A stretch of DNA of 62,334 nt, filler included, from Choristocarpus tenellus KU-1152 (Eukaryota > Protista > Phaeophyceae), in assembly GCA_964200185.2 (NCBI GenBank). It is 7 parts of 7 records of this genome, joined end to end, with 100 filler letters (N's around TTAATTAATTAA, not from the genome) between each part and the next. Parts side by side here need not be neighbours in the genome. Positions count along the whole stretch, not along the records: positions 58,177 to 62,334 come from CAXNAD020015926.1; 6 more parts are not named here. The stretch is one strand, 5' to 3'. Position numbers and translations under genes: made by a program. The notes beneath the pieces were generated by a model. The model did not search any database, was not told where the DNA came from, and was given only the letters and a program-made list of their open reading frames with translations. Positions within the stretch are counted from its first letter, which is position 1. Every line of letters begins with the position of its first letter. Shown here piece by piece: positions 60,842 through 62,334 of this stretch.

Positions 60842-61118
60842 GGGCCCATAGTATCGTAGAGGGGGAGTCAGGTGTGCATTTGGGGCCTGTACGACCCTGT
60901 AGTGATTTCATTTCCATGTCATTTGAGTGAATGTGTCAGATGTAAGGGCTCTATTCTTCATTTGAACCCACCTTCCTTCTACATCCCCTTACTTGAACCA
61001 AATTTGAAGGAAAACCACTCCCAAAACGAGTATCAAAAAGGAATATCTTACCACATCCCATCGTGCCCCGAATGAAGAGGCTGGACTAAACTTGCCCCCC
61101 TCCAGGATACTATGACTC
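60842..61118 (-). mobile_element. MITE family E copy 2
   Basis: GGGCCCATAGTATCGTAGAGGGGG ... CCCCTCCAGGATACTATGACTC; interior aligns with 41688-41958. Confidence 0.78.
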
Positions 61119-61124
61119 TCAACC

Positions 61125-61214
61125 ATAGAAATATGGGTAAATTGCAAAAGATCAAAAAACCTTTCTATAATGCAAAACGGCTAAAAACTGGGTAACTCTC
61201 GTTTCCTTTAGTTC
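61125..61214 (-). mobile_element. Truncated MITE family D end
   Basis: ATGCAAAACGGCTAAAAACTGGGTAACTCTCGTTTCCTTTAGTTC matches the reverse complement of 9751-9800. Confidence 0.65.
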
Positions 61215-61832
61215 ATAATATTTCCATTGTGACACCATCTGCAGCACTCATTATCAGCCTAGAGTCTTATGGATTGGAGGTATATATCCCACCATGGTAA
61301 GCTGCTGGGACCGCTTTGTGATGTATTCATGGTTGAAGGGAATCTCGATAGTAAAATTTACAATAAGAACGGAAAAAAATGTAACATCTGGATTTGCCAT
61401 CGCATATCGAAGTCATCACTATACAACTTAAATAGAAATAGATCCTTACAACTGAACGAAACACTGAGAAACACTGTGACTATCAACTCTATTGATAAAC
61501 AGTCCAATATATCCTATCTCATCCTGAAAACTTGTAATGGAGGAGGGGATGGGGTTGTGCAGGTGATGGAGGAAGGCGACGACGGTGCACGAGACAGGTA
61601 AGAAACAAATATAAGTGGAGGGCTTAACCCAGCTCCGGGAATAGATACCCAGGCCTCGATTTTGCAGAATGGAGAAGGGTGGGAAGAGAACAGAATGGGC
61701 CCACATGGGGACGAGGTGGAGGTGATCGAGGATGGGAATGGCGGCTGACGAGATAGGCACGGGCAAGGGGGAAACATAAGCAGAGCACACCACTCCTCTT
61801 CGGTAATAGGTAGACATGTTTTGTCTCTGCAG

Positions 61833-62334
61833 GATGGCGAAGCCTGGACGGAAAACCAAACTAGTACACAGGGGGATGGGGCCAGAGAGGTGGTAGAGGC
61901 ACATGACGATGGTAGCAGGGAGAGGCACCCGCCCCTACACGGCTACGAGGAGGTGGAGGCAGGGGAGGAGGTGAACAGAGATATCACGATGCTTCAAAGG
62001 CCACCCTCCCCGACCAGGAACCCCAACCCACGCCCATCCCAACAACCATGTCAGCTTACACCGGAACACTGTGCGATCTGTTTCTCCGAGATACAACAGC
62101 CAGTACTCTCTTTCTCCTGCACACATTCACTGGATCTCCGCACCAGACCTCTACATCCCATCCCATGCCCCACCTGTCATACCCCTACCAGCCCCAAACA
62201 CTACTACGCTGCCATGGAGGGGAGTGTGGGAACCGAAGCCGTGCTGGAATCCATCCGCTCATTATCATCCTCCACCCCTTTTGCCACCTCACCATTTCGC
62301 CTACTCTCCATTCCACGCCCTCACCCCCCCCCCC
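61833..62334 (+). pseudogene. Open frame running to the window end with an incomplete RING finger
   Basis: After TTGTCTCTGCAG the frame reads DGEAWTENQ...EHCAICFSEIQQPVLSFSCTHSLDLRTRPLHPIPCPTCHTP...; not in the ORF track because there is no stop before the window ends. Confidence 0.45.

Noticed and set aside
1-62334. A prokaryotic operon or defence island linking nuclease, TPR, kinase and LRR genes
   Set aside because: All genes have spliceosomal introns, and most lie on separate contigs joined artificially.

Overview
Eukaryotic, intron-rich genomic DNA, most likely a brown alga or close stramenopile relative (inferred from a 72-nt phase-1 LRR exon, TTAGGG repeats and gene content). The window is seven separate contigs joined by six artificial 100-nt linkers (44N-TTAATTAATTAA-44N), so adjacency across linkers means nothing. 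Spliced genes reconstructed by eye: complete FEN1; a convergent multi-TPR gene; a CFAP57/WDR65-like C-terminal fragment; a large coiled-coil fragment; a PDK/BCKDK-family kinase; a partial LRR + helical-bundle + non-RD kinase; the 3' end of a Na+/Ca2+ exchanger; a protein with five 23-aa STPR-like repeats; and an RNI-type LRR gene. Non-coding DNA carries five families of MITE-like elements that share GAG...CTC termini; complete copies are about 250-277 bp and show both 3-bp and 4-bp target-site duplications. The strongest leads are the LRR-helical bundle-kinase (possible MLKL-like immune protein), the STPR-like repeat protein and the shared-terminus MITE system. All gene models and family assignments come from motif recognition only; no searches were run.
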